The notes under the pieces were generated by a model. That model was not told where the DNA came from. It did not search any database and was given only the letters and a program-made list of their open reading frames with translations. From positions 32,001 to 96,000 of the forward strand of contig SCQK01000013.1 of the NCBI GenBank assembly GCA_004321885.1: a DNA stretch of 64,000 bases. The letters run 5' to 3'. A program made the translations under genes and the position numbers. Each line of letters begins with the position of its first letter. Position 1 is the stretch's first letter. This DNA comes from Patescibacteria group bacterium. GTDB lineage: Bacteria; Patescibacteriota; Patescibacteriia; Magasanikbacterales; GWA2-37-8. Positions 53,413-64,000 of the stretch are shown here, piece by piece.

Positions 53413-56379
53413 CTATTTAACCGAGAACAAAGTAAACCAGCCGAGCATCTCGTCAAAGGTTTTTTTGTCGCCAGAAATTTCTATGATGTTTTTGGATTTT
53501 TTGAAACCTTGGGGATAAAGCTCCATTAATTTTGTGCCGTCGGCGCGAGTATAAATTTTGGCCGGAATATTTTGCCATACAGTTGTGGTAGACGAACCGG
53601 ACAGAGAACCCCCGGTCGCCTCAGGCGACCTCGGGATGACAGCTGAGGCTATTATAAACCGGCTTAACTTATCGGCCGACTGAAAACGCACCACCTTGTC
53701 CCCGTGCTCCACTGTCCAGGCCGCCGGATATTGCAAAGTAAACCGCGCGAAAGAATCCTCGCTGTACAAACTCTTGGGCTGTTCGCTTTCCCGCTTGCGA
53801 ATCTCGGCCGCCAGCTGTTCCAGCTGCGTTTTCAATTTTCCGGTTTCTTCCACGATGGCTTTTTTCACGTTTTCGTTCACAATCTGATTATTGGGCTGGC
53901 AGGCGTAGCCGCCCAGCGTGGAAAGCAAACCCACCACGCCAAAAATCAACAACAATTTCGTAGCCGCCGCTATTTTTATAATGGCGCCTTTTTTGGCCGA
54001 AACTTTTTTCTCCAGCCCGGCCACCCGCTCGCGCGCCTTTAGCACCGTGTCCGGATTAAGCGAAATGCTGTCTATCCCCTCTTGCACCAAAAAATCGGCG
54101 AACTCGGGATAGTCAGAGGGCGCCTGACCGCAGATGCCCACCTTGCGTCCATACTTGTGCGCCGTGGAAATCACCTGTCGTATCAAAGTTTTTACGGCCT
54201 CGTTTCTTTCATCATACACATGGCTCACCAAAGCGCTGTCGCGATCAACACCTAGGGTCAACTGGGTTAAATCGTTGGAGCCGATGCTAAAGCCGTCAAA
54301 AATCTGGCTGTACTCTTTGGCCAAAATCACGTTGGAAGGAATCTCGCACATCACGTAAACTTTCAAGCCAGACCCCTCACTAACTCTCCCCTTATAAAGG
54401 GGGGAGGAGCTTCCTCGCTCCAATCCGAATTCTTTCATCACAGCCAGCACCTTTTTTCCCTCGGCCACGGTGCGGCAAAACGGCACCATCACGATTATAT
54501 TTTTCAGCCCCCACTCTTCACGCGCCATTTTCAATGCCGCGCATTCCAGCCTAAAACCGGGCTTGTAGGCCGGGTCATAATAGCGCGAAGCCCCGCGCCA
54601 GCCCAGCATGGGGTTTTCTTCTTTGGGCTCGTACAAATGCCCGCCGATAAGCGTGGCGTATTCATTGGTTTTGAAATCAGACAAGCGCACAATAACATCG
54701 CGCGGATAATACGCGGCCGCGATAAAAGCGATGCCCTCGGCCAGCTTGTCCACGCAGTACCGGGCCTTGTCTTTGTAGCCGATGGTCAGCTCGTCAATTT
54801 TGGCTTTCAATTCCCGGTCCGCCAATTTTTTGTAATTTACCAAAGCGAGCGGATGGATTTTTATAAAATTGGTGAAAATAAATTCCTCGCGCGCCAGGCC
54901 CACGCCGTCACTGGGGATATGCGACAAAGCAAAAGCGCTGCCCGGGTCGCCCACGTTCATCATTATTTTGGTGCGGGTTTTGGCAATGGCTTTTATTTCC
55001 TGTTTTTCTATTTCAAAAGGCAGGCGCCCTTTGTACACATAACCGGCCTCGCCCTCGGCGCAGGAAACAGTCACTTCCTGCCCGGGCTTCACAATCTGAC
55101 GCGCCCTGGCCGCGCCCACCAGGCACGGCGTGCCCAGCTCGCGGCTGACAATAGCCGCGTGCGAGGTCTTTCCCCCCTGCTCCGTGACAATGGCCGAGGC
55201 AATGCGCATTATCGGCTCCCAATCCGGGTCCGTAATGCGCGTAATCAAAACTTCGCCTGGCCGAAAGCTCTTCATCTGCCTGGGCGAGTTTATTACCCGC
55301 GCTTTGCCCTGACCGATTTTTTGCCCGATGCTGATTCCCTCCACCAAAACTTTGCCTTTTTGTTTCAAATGGTACTGCTCTATTACATTTATATTGTCGC
55401 GCGAACGCACTGTTTCGCTGCGCGCCTGCACGATATAGAGTTTTCCGCTCCGTCCGTCTTTGGCCCACTCTATATCCATGGGCCGCTGGTAATGCTCTTC
55501 TATTTGCATGCCCCACTTGGCCAGTTGCAAGACTTCGTCCGGGGAAACGCAGAACCGGTGCTGGTCCGGCATTTTTACTGTTTCCTGCCTGGTGCCTGTT
55601 TTTCCGTAAACAAGTTTTACTTCTTTGCTCCCCAGCCGCTTGCTGATGATTGATTTCAATCCGCGCCGAACCCCATCTTTGAAAACAAAAAACTGGTCCG
55701 GTATCACCCGGCCCTTGACCACATATTCGCCCAAGCCATAAGCCGCGTTTATAAGCACCACGCCCTTAAAACCCGACTCGGTGTCCAGAGTGAACATCAC
55801 GCCGCTGGCGCCCAAATCCGAACGCACCATTTCCTGCACGCAAACCGAAAGCGCCACAGCCGCGTGGTCAAAGCCCTTGTCCACGCGATAGGAAATGGCG
55901 CGGTCCGTAAAAAGAGAAGCAATACATTTCTGGCAGGCTAAAATAAGTTCATCGGCGCCGACGACATTCAAATAGGTTTCCTGCTGGCCGGCAAAACTGG
56001 CGTCGGGCAAATCCTCGGCCGTGGCCGACGAACGCACGGCCACTGAACTCTTGCCCAATTCTTTATACGCCGCTTTCAATTCATCTGCTATTATTCCTGG
56101 AAACTCGGCGCTTAAAACCATCTGGCGAATCTTGGCGCCGGCCGCGGCCAGCGATTTCACGTTTTTGCCGTCGGTCTTGTTTAGAATTTCTTTTATTTTT
56201 TTATCCAATTTGTCCTCACGCAAAAAAAGCCGGTAGGCGTCGGCAGTAAGAGCGAACCCGTTTGGCACGGCCACTCCATTGGCAGTCAAATTATTATACA
56301 TCTCGCCCAGCGACGCGGTCTTGCCGCCCACGCTGGGAATGTCTTTGATGCCGAGTTCCTTAAACCAGCGGATATACAT
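53413..56379 (-). CDS. ppsA: Phosphoenolpyruvate synthase (pyruvate, water dikinase), full length, with an extra C-terminal extension of about 190 aa that contains a TM helix.
   Basis: ATP-grasp N-domain, swivel (QGGKTSHAAIVSRELGTPC) and PEP-binding TIM barrel (GFSIGSNDLTQL...GICGQAPSDYPEF). A family-2 insertion sits at 54371-54409. The C-terminal tail reads IIKIAAATKLLLIFGVVGLLSTLGGYAC and so on. Confidence 0.9.
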   Translation of the reverse strand: MYIRWFKELGIKDIPSVGGKTASLGEMYNNLTANGVAVPNGFALTADAYRLFLREDKLDKKIKEILNKTDGKNVKSLAAAGAKIRQMVLSAEFPGIIADELKAAYKELGKSSVAVRSSATAEDLPDASFAGQQETYLNVVGADELILACQKCIASLFTDRAISYRVDKGFDHAAVALSVCVQEMVRSDLGASGVMFTLDTESGFKGVVLINAAYGLGEYVVKGRVIPDQFFVFKDGVRRGLKSIISKRLGSKEVKLVYGKTGTRQETVKMPDQHRFCVSPDEVLQLAKWGMQIEEHYQRPMDIEWAKDGRSGKLYIVQARSETVRSRDNINVIEQYHLKQKGKVLVEGISIGQKIGQGKARVINSPRQMKSFRPGEVLITRITDPDWEPIMRIASAIVTEQGGKTSHAAIVSRELGTPCLVGAARARQIVKPGQEVTVSCAEGEAGYVYKGRLPFEIEKQEIKAIAKTRTKIMMNVGDPGSAFALSHIPSDGVGLAREEFIFTNFIKIHPLALVNYKKLADRELKAKIDELTIGYKDKARYCVDKLAEGIAFIAAAYYPRDVIVRLSDFKTNEYATLIGGHLYEPKEENPMLGWRGASRYYDPAYKPGFRLECAALKMAREEWGLKNIIVMVPFCRTVAEGKKVLAVMKEFGLERGSSSPLYKGRVSEGSGLKVYVMCEIPSNVILAKEYSQIFDGFSIGSNDLTQLTLGVDRDSALVSHVYDERNEAVKTLIRQVISTAHKYGRKVGICGQAPSDYPEFADFLVQEGIDSISLNPDTVLKARERVAGLEKKVSAKKGAIIKIAAATKLLLIFGVVGLLSTLGGYACQPNNQIVNENVKKAIVEETGKLKTQLEQLAAEIRKRESEQPKSLYSEDSFARFTLQYPAAWTVEHGDKVVRFQSADKLSRFIIASAVIPRSPEATGGSLSGSSTTTVWQNIPAKIYTRADGTKLMELYPQGFKKSKNIIEISGDKKTFDEMLGWFTLFSVK
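54371..54409. repeat. Family-2 palindromic repeat, in-frame in ppsA (encodes SSPLYKGRVSEGSG).
   Basis: The reverse complement matches 40143-40177. Confidence 0.8.
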
Positions 56380-56419
56380 AATTGAAGTTCAAAGCGTGCG
56401 GTATTATACCACACTTTGA

Positions 56420-59279
<2,860 letters not shown>

Positions 59280-59325
59280 AACTGTTATTTTAACATAAAA
59301 CGGCTGACTTATGCAACTGCCGGCT

Positions 59326-59366
59326 GACAAAAAAGCCCCCCGACAAGCTCGGGAGGCTTTTGACTA
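59326..59366. terminator. Hairpin with flanking A/T runs between the pilin gene and pilD (AAAAAAGCCCCCCGACAAGCTCGGGAGGCTTTT).
   Basis: Read directly. Plausible attenuator/terminator after the highly expressed pilin. Confidence 0.45.
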
Positions 59367-59389
59367 ATATTATGGGGTACCCAATAATA

Positions 59390-59827
59390 CTAATCAGCAA
59401 TGCCTGACTGCGATAATGTTACTGTGCCGCTCATGCCGTTCATATTGCCTTCCAGAGTGGCAACCACGCTGTAACTGCTTGAGGCCGTGCTGGTGTAAAC
59501 ATAGTTCTGCCCGGCTTTCGGATCTTTTGGCACAACCGCCATGTATGGGTCGGCACAGCCAGTGGCGGCGAATCCGGCGGAAGATAAACAGACATAGCTG
59601 CCTCCGGTAACGCCCAGGTTCTGGCCAGTGGCCGCGGCCGGATAACCGCTGTTATCGGTGTAGTACAACTCCAGCGCGGTTTGAATCTGTTTAAGGTCGG
59701 ACAAGCGCTTGGAATCGCGCGCTTTTGTTCTGGCGTTTCCCAAAGCGACCACTGCCAAAGTGGACAACAAACCGATGATGGCTACCACGACCAATAACTC
59801 AATCAAAGTAAAACCTTTCTTATTCAT
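59390..59827 (-). CDS. Type IV pilin (prepilin-type N-terminal methylation domain).
   Basis: MNKKGFTLIELLVVVAIIGLL class III signal. Confidence 0.85.
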   Translation of the reverse strand: MNKKGFTLIELLVVVAIIGLLSTLAVVALGNARTKARDSKRLSDLKQIQTALELYYTDNSGYPAAATGQNLGVTGGSYVCLSSAGFAATGCADPYMAVVPKDPKAGQNYVYTSTASSSYSVVATLEGNMNGMSGTVTLSQSGIAD

Positions 59828-59871
59828 AAATTCACCCCCTCTCTATGCGTAAAGTTTCTTGACATATCGTA

Positions 59872-60306
59872 TTAATCTTGTATGCCCCCGGGAACCAAAG
59901 TTATCCCGCCGCTTAATCCTTCCATGGTCCCTTCCAAATTGGCGGTGACGGAATAAGTGCTCGAGGCCGCGTTGTAAGTATAAACATAAACCCCGGAATT
60001 TTTGGGGTCTGTGGGCACCCGGCCCATCAGCGCGTTGGCGCATCCAACAGCCGCAAAGCCGGAAGCGTTCAAACAGGCGTAATTGGTTCCTCCGAGAGCA
60101 GCGCTCGCGCCGGCCGGATAGCTATTGTTCTCGTCCTGGTAAAGCTCCAGCGCGGTTTGAATCTGTTTAAGGTCAGACAGACGTTTGCCATCGCGCGCTT
60201 TTATGCGCGCGCCGTTTAGGGCCACCACCGCCAAAGTCGCAAGCAGGCCGATAATGGCGACAACGACCAATAACTCAATCAGTGAAAAACCCTTGCTCTG
60301 TTTCAT
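59872..60306 (-). CDS. Type IV pilin, paralog.
   Basis: MKQSKGFSLIELLVVVAIIGLL. The N-terminal 60 aa are nearly identical to the neighbouring pilin. Confidence 0.85.
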   Translation of the reverse strand: MKQSKGFSLIELLVVVAIIGLLATLAVVALNGARIKARDGKRLSDLKQIQTALELYQDENNSYPAGASAALGGTNYACLNASGFAAVGCANALMGRVPTDPKNSGVYVYTYNAASSTYSVTANLEGTMEGLSGGITLVPGGIQD

Positions 60307-60310
60307 ACCA

Positions 60311-60703
60311 TTATTTTTTAAGTTTCAAAACGCTTCTCACTTTATCCACCACCTCGGACGGCTTAAAATGGATTTTAATCAAGTAGTCAGCCGCGCCCTG
60401 CTCTATACCGCGTTCCACGTCGTCTTTTTGGCCTAAATTCGTGAGTAAAATTACCGGAATATTTTTGACTTCCGGGTCTTTTTTTAGAGCCTCCAAAACC
60501 GCGAAGCCGTCCATTTTTGGAAGCAAAATATCCAGCAAAATAATGTCGGGCTTTTTTTTCTTCGCGTCGGCCAGGCCTTTTTCCCCGTTGTTTGAAACAA
60601 AAATCTTAAAACCCTCCATTTCAAATTTTTTCTGGTAAATGCCCGCTAAAAATACGTCATCCTCCACGAGCAGAACCACTGTCTCCTTTGGATTTTTTAG
60701 CAT
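60311..60703 (-). CDS. Single-domain response regulator (CheY-like receiver, PilH-like).
   Basis: VLLVEDD...DIILLDILLPKMDG...ILLTNLGQKDD: acidic pocket, phospho-acceptor Asp and a conserved Lys. Confidence 0.8.
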   Translation of the reverse strand: MLKNPKETVVLLVEDDVFLAGIYQKKFEMEGFKIFVSNNGEKGLADAKKKKPDIILLDILLPKMDGFAVLEALKKDPEVKNIPVILLTNLGQKDDVERGIEQGAADYLIKIHFKPSEVVDKVRSVLKLKK

Positions 60704-60745
60704 ATTTTTAATTATACGATTTGAAATTTGCGACTAACGCGTTCA

Positions 60746-61903
60746 TTATACCATATTTCTCAACGCGAGGCCAATAGCCACGGACATGCGCGGCCCGATG
60801 TCTTGCAAAATCGGCCGCAAGCTGTCTTGGTGCACCACTCGCGCCCACGGGTCCCCCACATAGCATTTTGTCTTGAACTTGTCCGCGATGATTTTAGCCA
60901 GATAGGGCAAACCAGCCATGCCGCCCGTCAGAATAATTTTTTCCGGACGCTTGTTTTCATTGCCGGTCTGGCGCAAATATAATTCAAAGCTCACTTCTAC
61001 TTCTTTTATTATCGGTTCAATGACCGCGCCGAACATTTCCAAAAGTTTGGCTGATAAATTCACGCCGCTGCGCGGCTGGGAAACAAAATCAAACAAGTCG
61101 CGCTTAATCTGCTCGGTACCGCCCTCGTCTATCCCCAGCGCGTTGCGCAAAATTTTGTCTATTTTCACTCCGCCCGCGTCTATGGTCTGGTGCGTTACCG
61201 GATAAGCCGAGTCAACGATAAAAAAATTGGTGCGCTCGGCCCCGATGTCTATCAGCATGCAAACGGCCTGGTCCCGCCAAACCAGCGAACGGGTGAGCGC
61301 GGCCGACTCGGGTTCCAGCGCCGATAGCGCGATGCCCGCCTTTTGAAAAACTCTGGTGTAAAAGCTGATAAGCTGGTGCGGCACCGCGTTGATGAGCACG
61401 CGCTGAATTTTCTGCTCTTCGTCCGCGGAGATTATTTCGTGCTCAATAGCCACTTCTTCCAGCGGAATGGGCACGAATTTTTTTATCTCGGCGCGTAAAA
61501 TGCGGTCCAGCTCTTCTTTTTTCACCAAAGGCAAAGTGACCACCGCGTGAAAGACCGATGAAACCGGCAGGCTGACCACCGCGCTTTTGGAAACCACGCG
61601 GCTGGCCCGGCACACGGCCGCGATTTTGGCCGCGTATTCTTTTATTTTTTCTTCGCTGAAATTTTCGGCCTTGGCCGCCGTGGCTTCGGCGGAAGCCACA
61701 CCCGCCTCGGCTCCGATTTTCTTTTTCAGCAATTCACTCACCGCGTCTTCTTTGGCCGTGCTTATCTGGTGCACGTCTTGCGACTGCGAAGTCAGGCCAT
61801 AGGTAAAAAGCACCGGCCTTTTTTTCTCCTGGCGCAATTCCGCTAACTTAATGCCGCCCGCTCCGATGTCTATGCCTAAAAACGATTTCGGCTTGAAGAA
61901 AAA
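60746..61903 (-). CDS. pilM: Type IV pilus assembly protein PilM (actin-like ATPase fold).
   Basis: LGIDIGAGGIKLAEL N-terminus and overall PilM-like sequence. Confidence 0.75.
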   Translation of the reverse strand, partial: FFFKPKSFLGIDIGAGGIKLAELRQEKKRPVLFTYGLTSQSQDVHQISTAKEDAVSELLKKKIGAEAGVASAEATAAKAENFSEEKIKEYAAKIAAVCRASRVVSKSAVVSLPVSSVFHAVVTLPLVKKEELDRILRAEIKKFVPIPLEEVAIEHEIISADEEQKIQRVLINAVPHQLISFYTRVFQKAGIALSALEPESAALTRSLVWRDQAVCMLIDIGAERTNFFIVDSAYPVTHQTIDAGGVKIDKILRNALGIDEGGTEQIKRDLFDFVSQPRSGVNLSAKLLEMFGAVIEPIIKEVEVSFELYLRQTGNENKRPEKIILTGGMAGLPYLAKIIADKFKTKCYVGDPWARVVHQDSLRPILQDIGPRMSVAIGLALRNMV

Positions 61904-61990
61904 CATACGGTAATAGTATAGCACATTTTTCCGCTGTTCGTAAGAAGGCCTGTTGATAAGTGGGCGCGAATAGAGTAAAATAAAAGCACT

Positions 61991-63385
61991 ATGCTACAAC
62001 TTTTCAATACCCTGATCAGAAAAACAGAAGAATTCGTCCCGCTCAAAAAAGGCCGCGCAGGCCTCTACACCTGCGGCCCCACTGTCTACAACTACGCGCA
62101 CATCGGCAATTTGCGCGCTTATGTTTTTGAAGATGTGCTCAAGCGAGTTTTGCTCTACGACAAATACAAGGTGAAGCACGTGATGAATATCACCGACGTT
62201 GGGCATTTGACCGATGACGGCGACGCGGGCGAAGACAAGATGGAAAAAGGGGCGCGACGCGAGGGCAAGACCGCCTGGGAAATCGCGAAATTTTACGAAA
62301 ATGCTTTTAAGAACGACTTGAAAAATTTGAACATTTTGCCGGCCGACAAATATCCGCGCGCCACCGAGCACATCAAAAACCAAATCGCTTTGATAAAAAA
62401 ATTAGAGGCGAAAGGATTTACTTACCGCACGAGCGATGGCGTGTATTTTGACACTTCAAAGTTGTCGGATTACGGCAAGCTGGCGCTTTTGGGCAAACAG
62501 GAATTGATGGCCGGAGCGCGGGTGGAGATGGGAGAAAAAAAACACGCGACTGATTTCGCGCTGTGGAAGTTGAGCGCCTCGCAGGGCGGTCATCCTGAAC
62601 TTGTTTCAGGATCCCCAAAACGCCAAATGGAATGGCCTTCGCCCTGGGGCATCGGTTTTCCTGGCTGGCATATAGAGTGCTCGGCCATGTCAGTAAAATA
62701 TTTGGGCCAGCCGTTTGATATCCACTGCGGCGGAGTTGACCATATTCCGGTGCATCACACCAACGAAATAGCGCAAAGCGAAGCGGCCGGCGGCAAACCC
62801 CTGGCGAATTATTGGTTGCACGGAGAGTTTTTGATAACCGGTACGGAAAAAATGGCCAAATCGGAAAACAACTTTTTGACTTTGGCGAAATTGAAAGAAA
62901 AAGGCATCTCTCCCCTGGCCTATCGTTATTTCCTGTTGCAGACGCATTACCGCAAACAACTGAACTTTTCCTGGGAGGCGCTCTCCGCCGCGCAAAAGGG
63001 CTTGGAGCATTTGTATGACTTAATCCCTGTGTCCAATAGTCATCCTGAACTTGTTTCAGGATCTCCGCTCGCTCAACGATTCCAAGAAGCCATCAACAAC
63101 GACCTGGACACTCCGGCCGCTCTGGCTCTGGTCTGGGATGCCCTGCGCGCCAAAACAATTTCCAAAAAACAACTTTTGGATTTTGACAAGGTTCTCGGTC
63201 TTGGTCTGAACAAAGTGAAAAAAGAAAAAATCAAAATCCCGGCCGAAGTTCAGAAGCTGATCAAGGAGCGCGAAACCGCCCGCACGGCCAAGAACTGGGC
63301 CGAATCCGACCGTTTGCGCCGTGAAATAGAGGCCGCCGGTTTTACGGTTGAAGACACGCCGGATGGGCAGAAGGTGAGGAAATAA
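61991..63385 (+). CDS. cysS: Cysteinyl-tRNA synthetase with two in-frame family-3 palindromic insertions.
   Basis: [17 protein letters not shown] (HIGH) and KMAKSENN (KMSKS). The insertions, at 62591-62616 and 63041-63066, each encode HPELVSGSP. Confidence 0.9.
   Translation: MLQLFNTLIRKTEEFVPLKKGRAGLYTCGPTVYNYAHIGNLRAYVFEDVLKRVLLYDKYKVKHVMNITDVGHLTDDGDAGEDKMEKGARREGKTAWEIAKFYENAFKNDLKNLNILPADKYPRATEHIKNQIALIKKLEAKGFTYRTSDGVYFDTSKLSDYGKLALLGKQELMAGARVEMGEKKHATDFALWKLSASQGGHPELVSGSPKRQMEWPSPWGIGFPGWHIECSAMSVKYLGQPFDIHCGGVDHIPVHHTNEIAQSEAAGGKPLANYWLHGEFLITGTEKMAKSENNFLTLAKLKEKGISPLAYRYFLLQTHYRKQLNFSWEALSAAQKGLEHLYDLIPVSNSHPELVSGSPLAQRFQEAINNDLDTPAALALVWDALRAKTISKKQLLDFDKVLGLGLNKVKKEKIKIPAEVQKLIKERETARTAKNWAESDRLRREIEAAGFTVEDTPDGQKVRK
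62591..62616. repeat. Family-3 palindromic repeat, in-frame in cysS.
   Basis: CATCCTGAACTTGTTTCAGGATCCCC; the hairpin is ATCCTGAA-cttgt-TTCAGGAT. Confidence 0.85.
63041..63066. repeat. Family-3 palindromic repeat, second cysS copy.
   Basis: CATCCTGAACTTGTTTCAGGATCTCC. Confidence 0.85.
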
Positions 63386-63388
63386 AAT

Positions 63389-63631
63389 ATGTCTAAATAT
63401 TTGACTGAATTAGATATTACAAGACCTGAGTATTTAGGTAACACAAATTGGCAATTAAAAGATCTTAACGAAATTACAATACTTTTTGGTAAAAATGGTT
63501 CTGGAAAAAGTAAACTGCTACGTACTCTACGCGATAGCAACAAAACTGTCTTTCATTATACATCACCAGAAAGAGCTGGTGACATAACTCACAATGTTGG
63601 TATCATGCAAGAGGAGCTAAACGGAGAATAG
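63389..63631 (+). CDS. N-terminal fragment of a P-loop ATPase (Walker A GKNGSGKS). It stops prematurely; possible pseudogene at the edge of a low-GC region.
   Basis: ILFGKNGSGKSKLLRTL. The frame is broken after 80 aa and the downstream sequence is AT-rich. Confidence 0.4.
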   Translation: MSKYLTELDITRPEYLGNTNWQLKDLNEITILFGKNGSGKSKLLRTLRDSNKTVFHYTSPERAGDITHNVGIMQEELNGE

Positions 63632-64000
63632 CCACTCATAGCACCACCTTACTTTCCGCACTCGGTTATCACGACGAAGATAAAACTAGTATTATTTACA
63701 TCAACAATTCCGTAGCAGAACAACCAGCAAAAAAATTTGATAAAGAACACACTCAAATTAGTTACCTGATGCTGGTTGTTACGCTGGCCGTGCTGGCGCT
63801 TTTCGCCTGTGCTTATATTTCGGCTCGGGCAGAACCCCCCTCGTACTACTCCGGCACAAATTTTGCCGCCACCGCCATGATGACATTAATCGTACTTATT
63901 CTTGCTTCCTTGGTGTCGCTCCAAGTAATTATTGATGAAAAATATTTACGAATTAAATTTGGCTACGGTATTTATAAAAAAAGGTTTTTACTTGATGATA

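Noticed and set aside
59390-60306. Direct repetition between the two pilin genes, as a possible repeat or CRISPR-like array.
   Set aside because: It is simply two paralogous pilin CDSs with conserved N-terminal helices. There are no short regularly spaced repeats anywhere in the window.
62418-62618. 66-aa minus-strand [13 protein letters not shown]... within cysS.
   Set aside because: Created by the reverse strand of the family-3 palindromic element. The same peptide appears where the element is read in the opposite orientation; this is not an independent gene.

Overview
This 64-kb window reads as a low-to-moderate-GC, reduced-genome bacterium (about 45-50% GC in the core genes). It resembles Candidate Phyla Radiation / Patescibacteria; that is inference only, based on alaS lacking its C-terminal domain, rpoA lacking the alpha-CTD, lysine-rich ribosomal-protein extensions, and type IV pilus genes.

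Core content:
- A cell-wall/division block: PBP transpeptidase, alr, ftsQ, ddl and an M23 peptidase.
- Translation and housekeeping genes: greA (two paralogs), metK, lysS, serS, gltX, cysS, alaS, mnmA, def-fmt, clpB, typA, priA-like and ligA.
- The conserved operon infA-rpmJ-rpsM-rpsK-rpsD-rpoA-rplQ plus rplM-rpsI.
- A surface-polysaccharide cluster (Wzy-like membrane protein, GT2, GT4, Wzx flippase).
- A type IV pilus cluster (pilD, two pilins, CheY-like regulator, pilM).
- A tRNA-Asp(GTC) gene.

Two things stand out.
- An accessory island (about 39.2-50.9 kb) built around phosphohistidine 'swivel' domains (PEP-utilizers). It holds four tandem, diversified 'unknown N-domain + swivel' paralogs in one operon with a DUF3800 protein and a Fic-like protein. 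Next to them are a stand-alone PEP-synthase-type ATP-grasp domain, a stand-alone swivel domain, two MntA/HepT toxin-antitoxin pairs and an abruptly GC-rich (about 65%) histidine-phosphatase cassette. A full-length ppsA with an odd C-terminal transmembrane extension lies nearby. I propose this as a candidate undescribed split phosphotransfer system.
- At least three families of short palindromic repeats sit intergenically and, mostly, in-frame inside essential genes (alaS, mnmA, cysS, fmt, ppsA, the ATP-grasp ORF), much like Rickettsia palindromic elements. The tRNA-Asp gene is flanked by two complementary tRNA-like fragments whose anticodon arm matches the family-1 palindrome core, with a GIY-YIG ORF between them.

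No CRISPR array or rRNA was seen.
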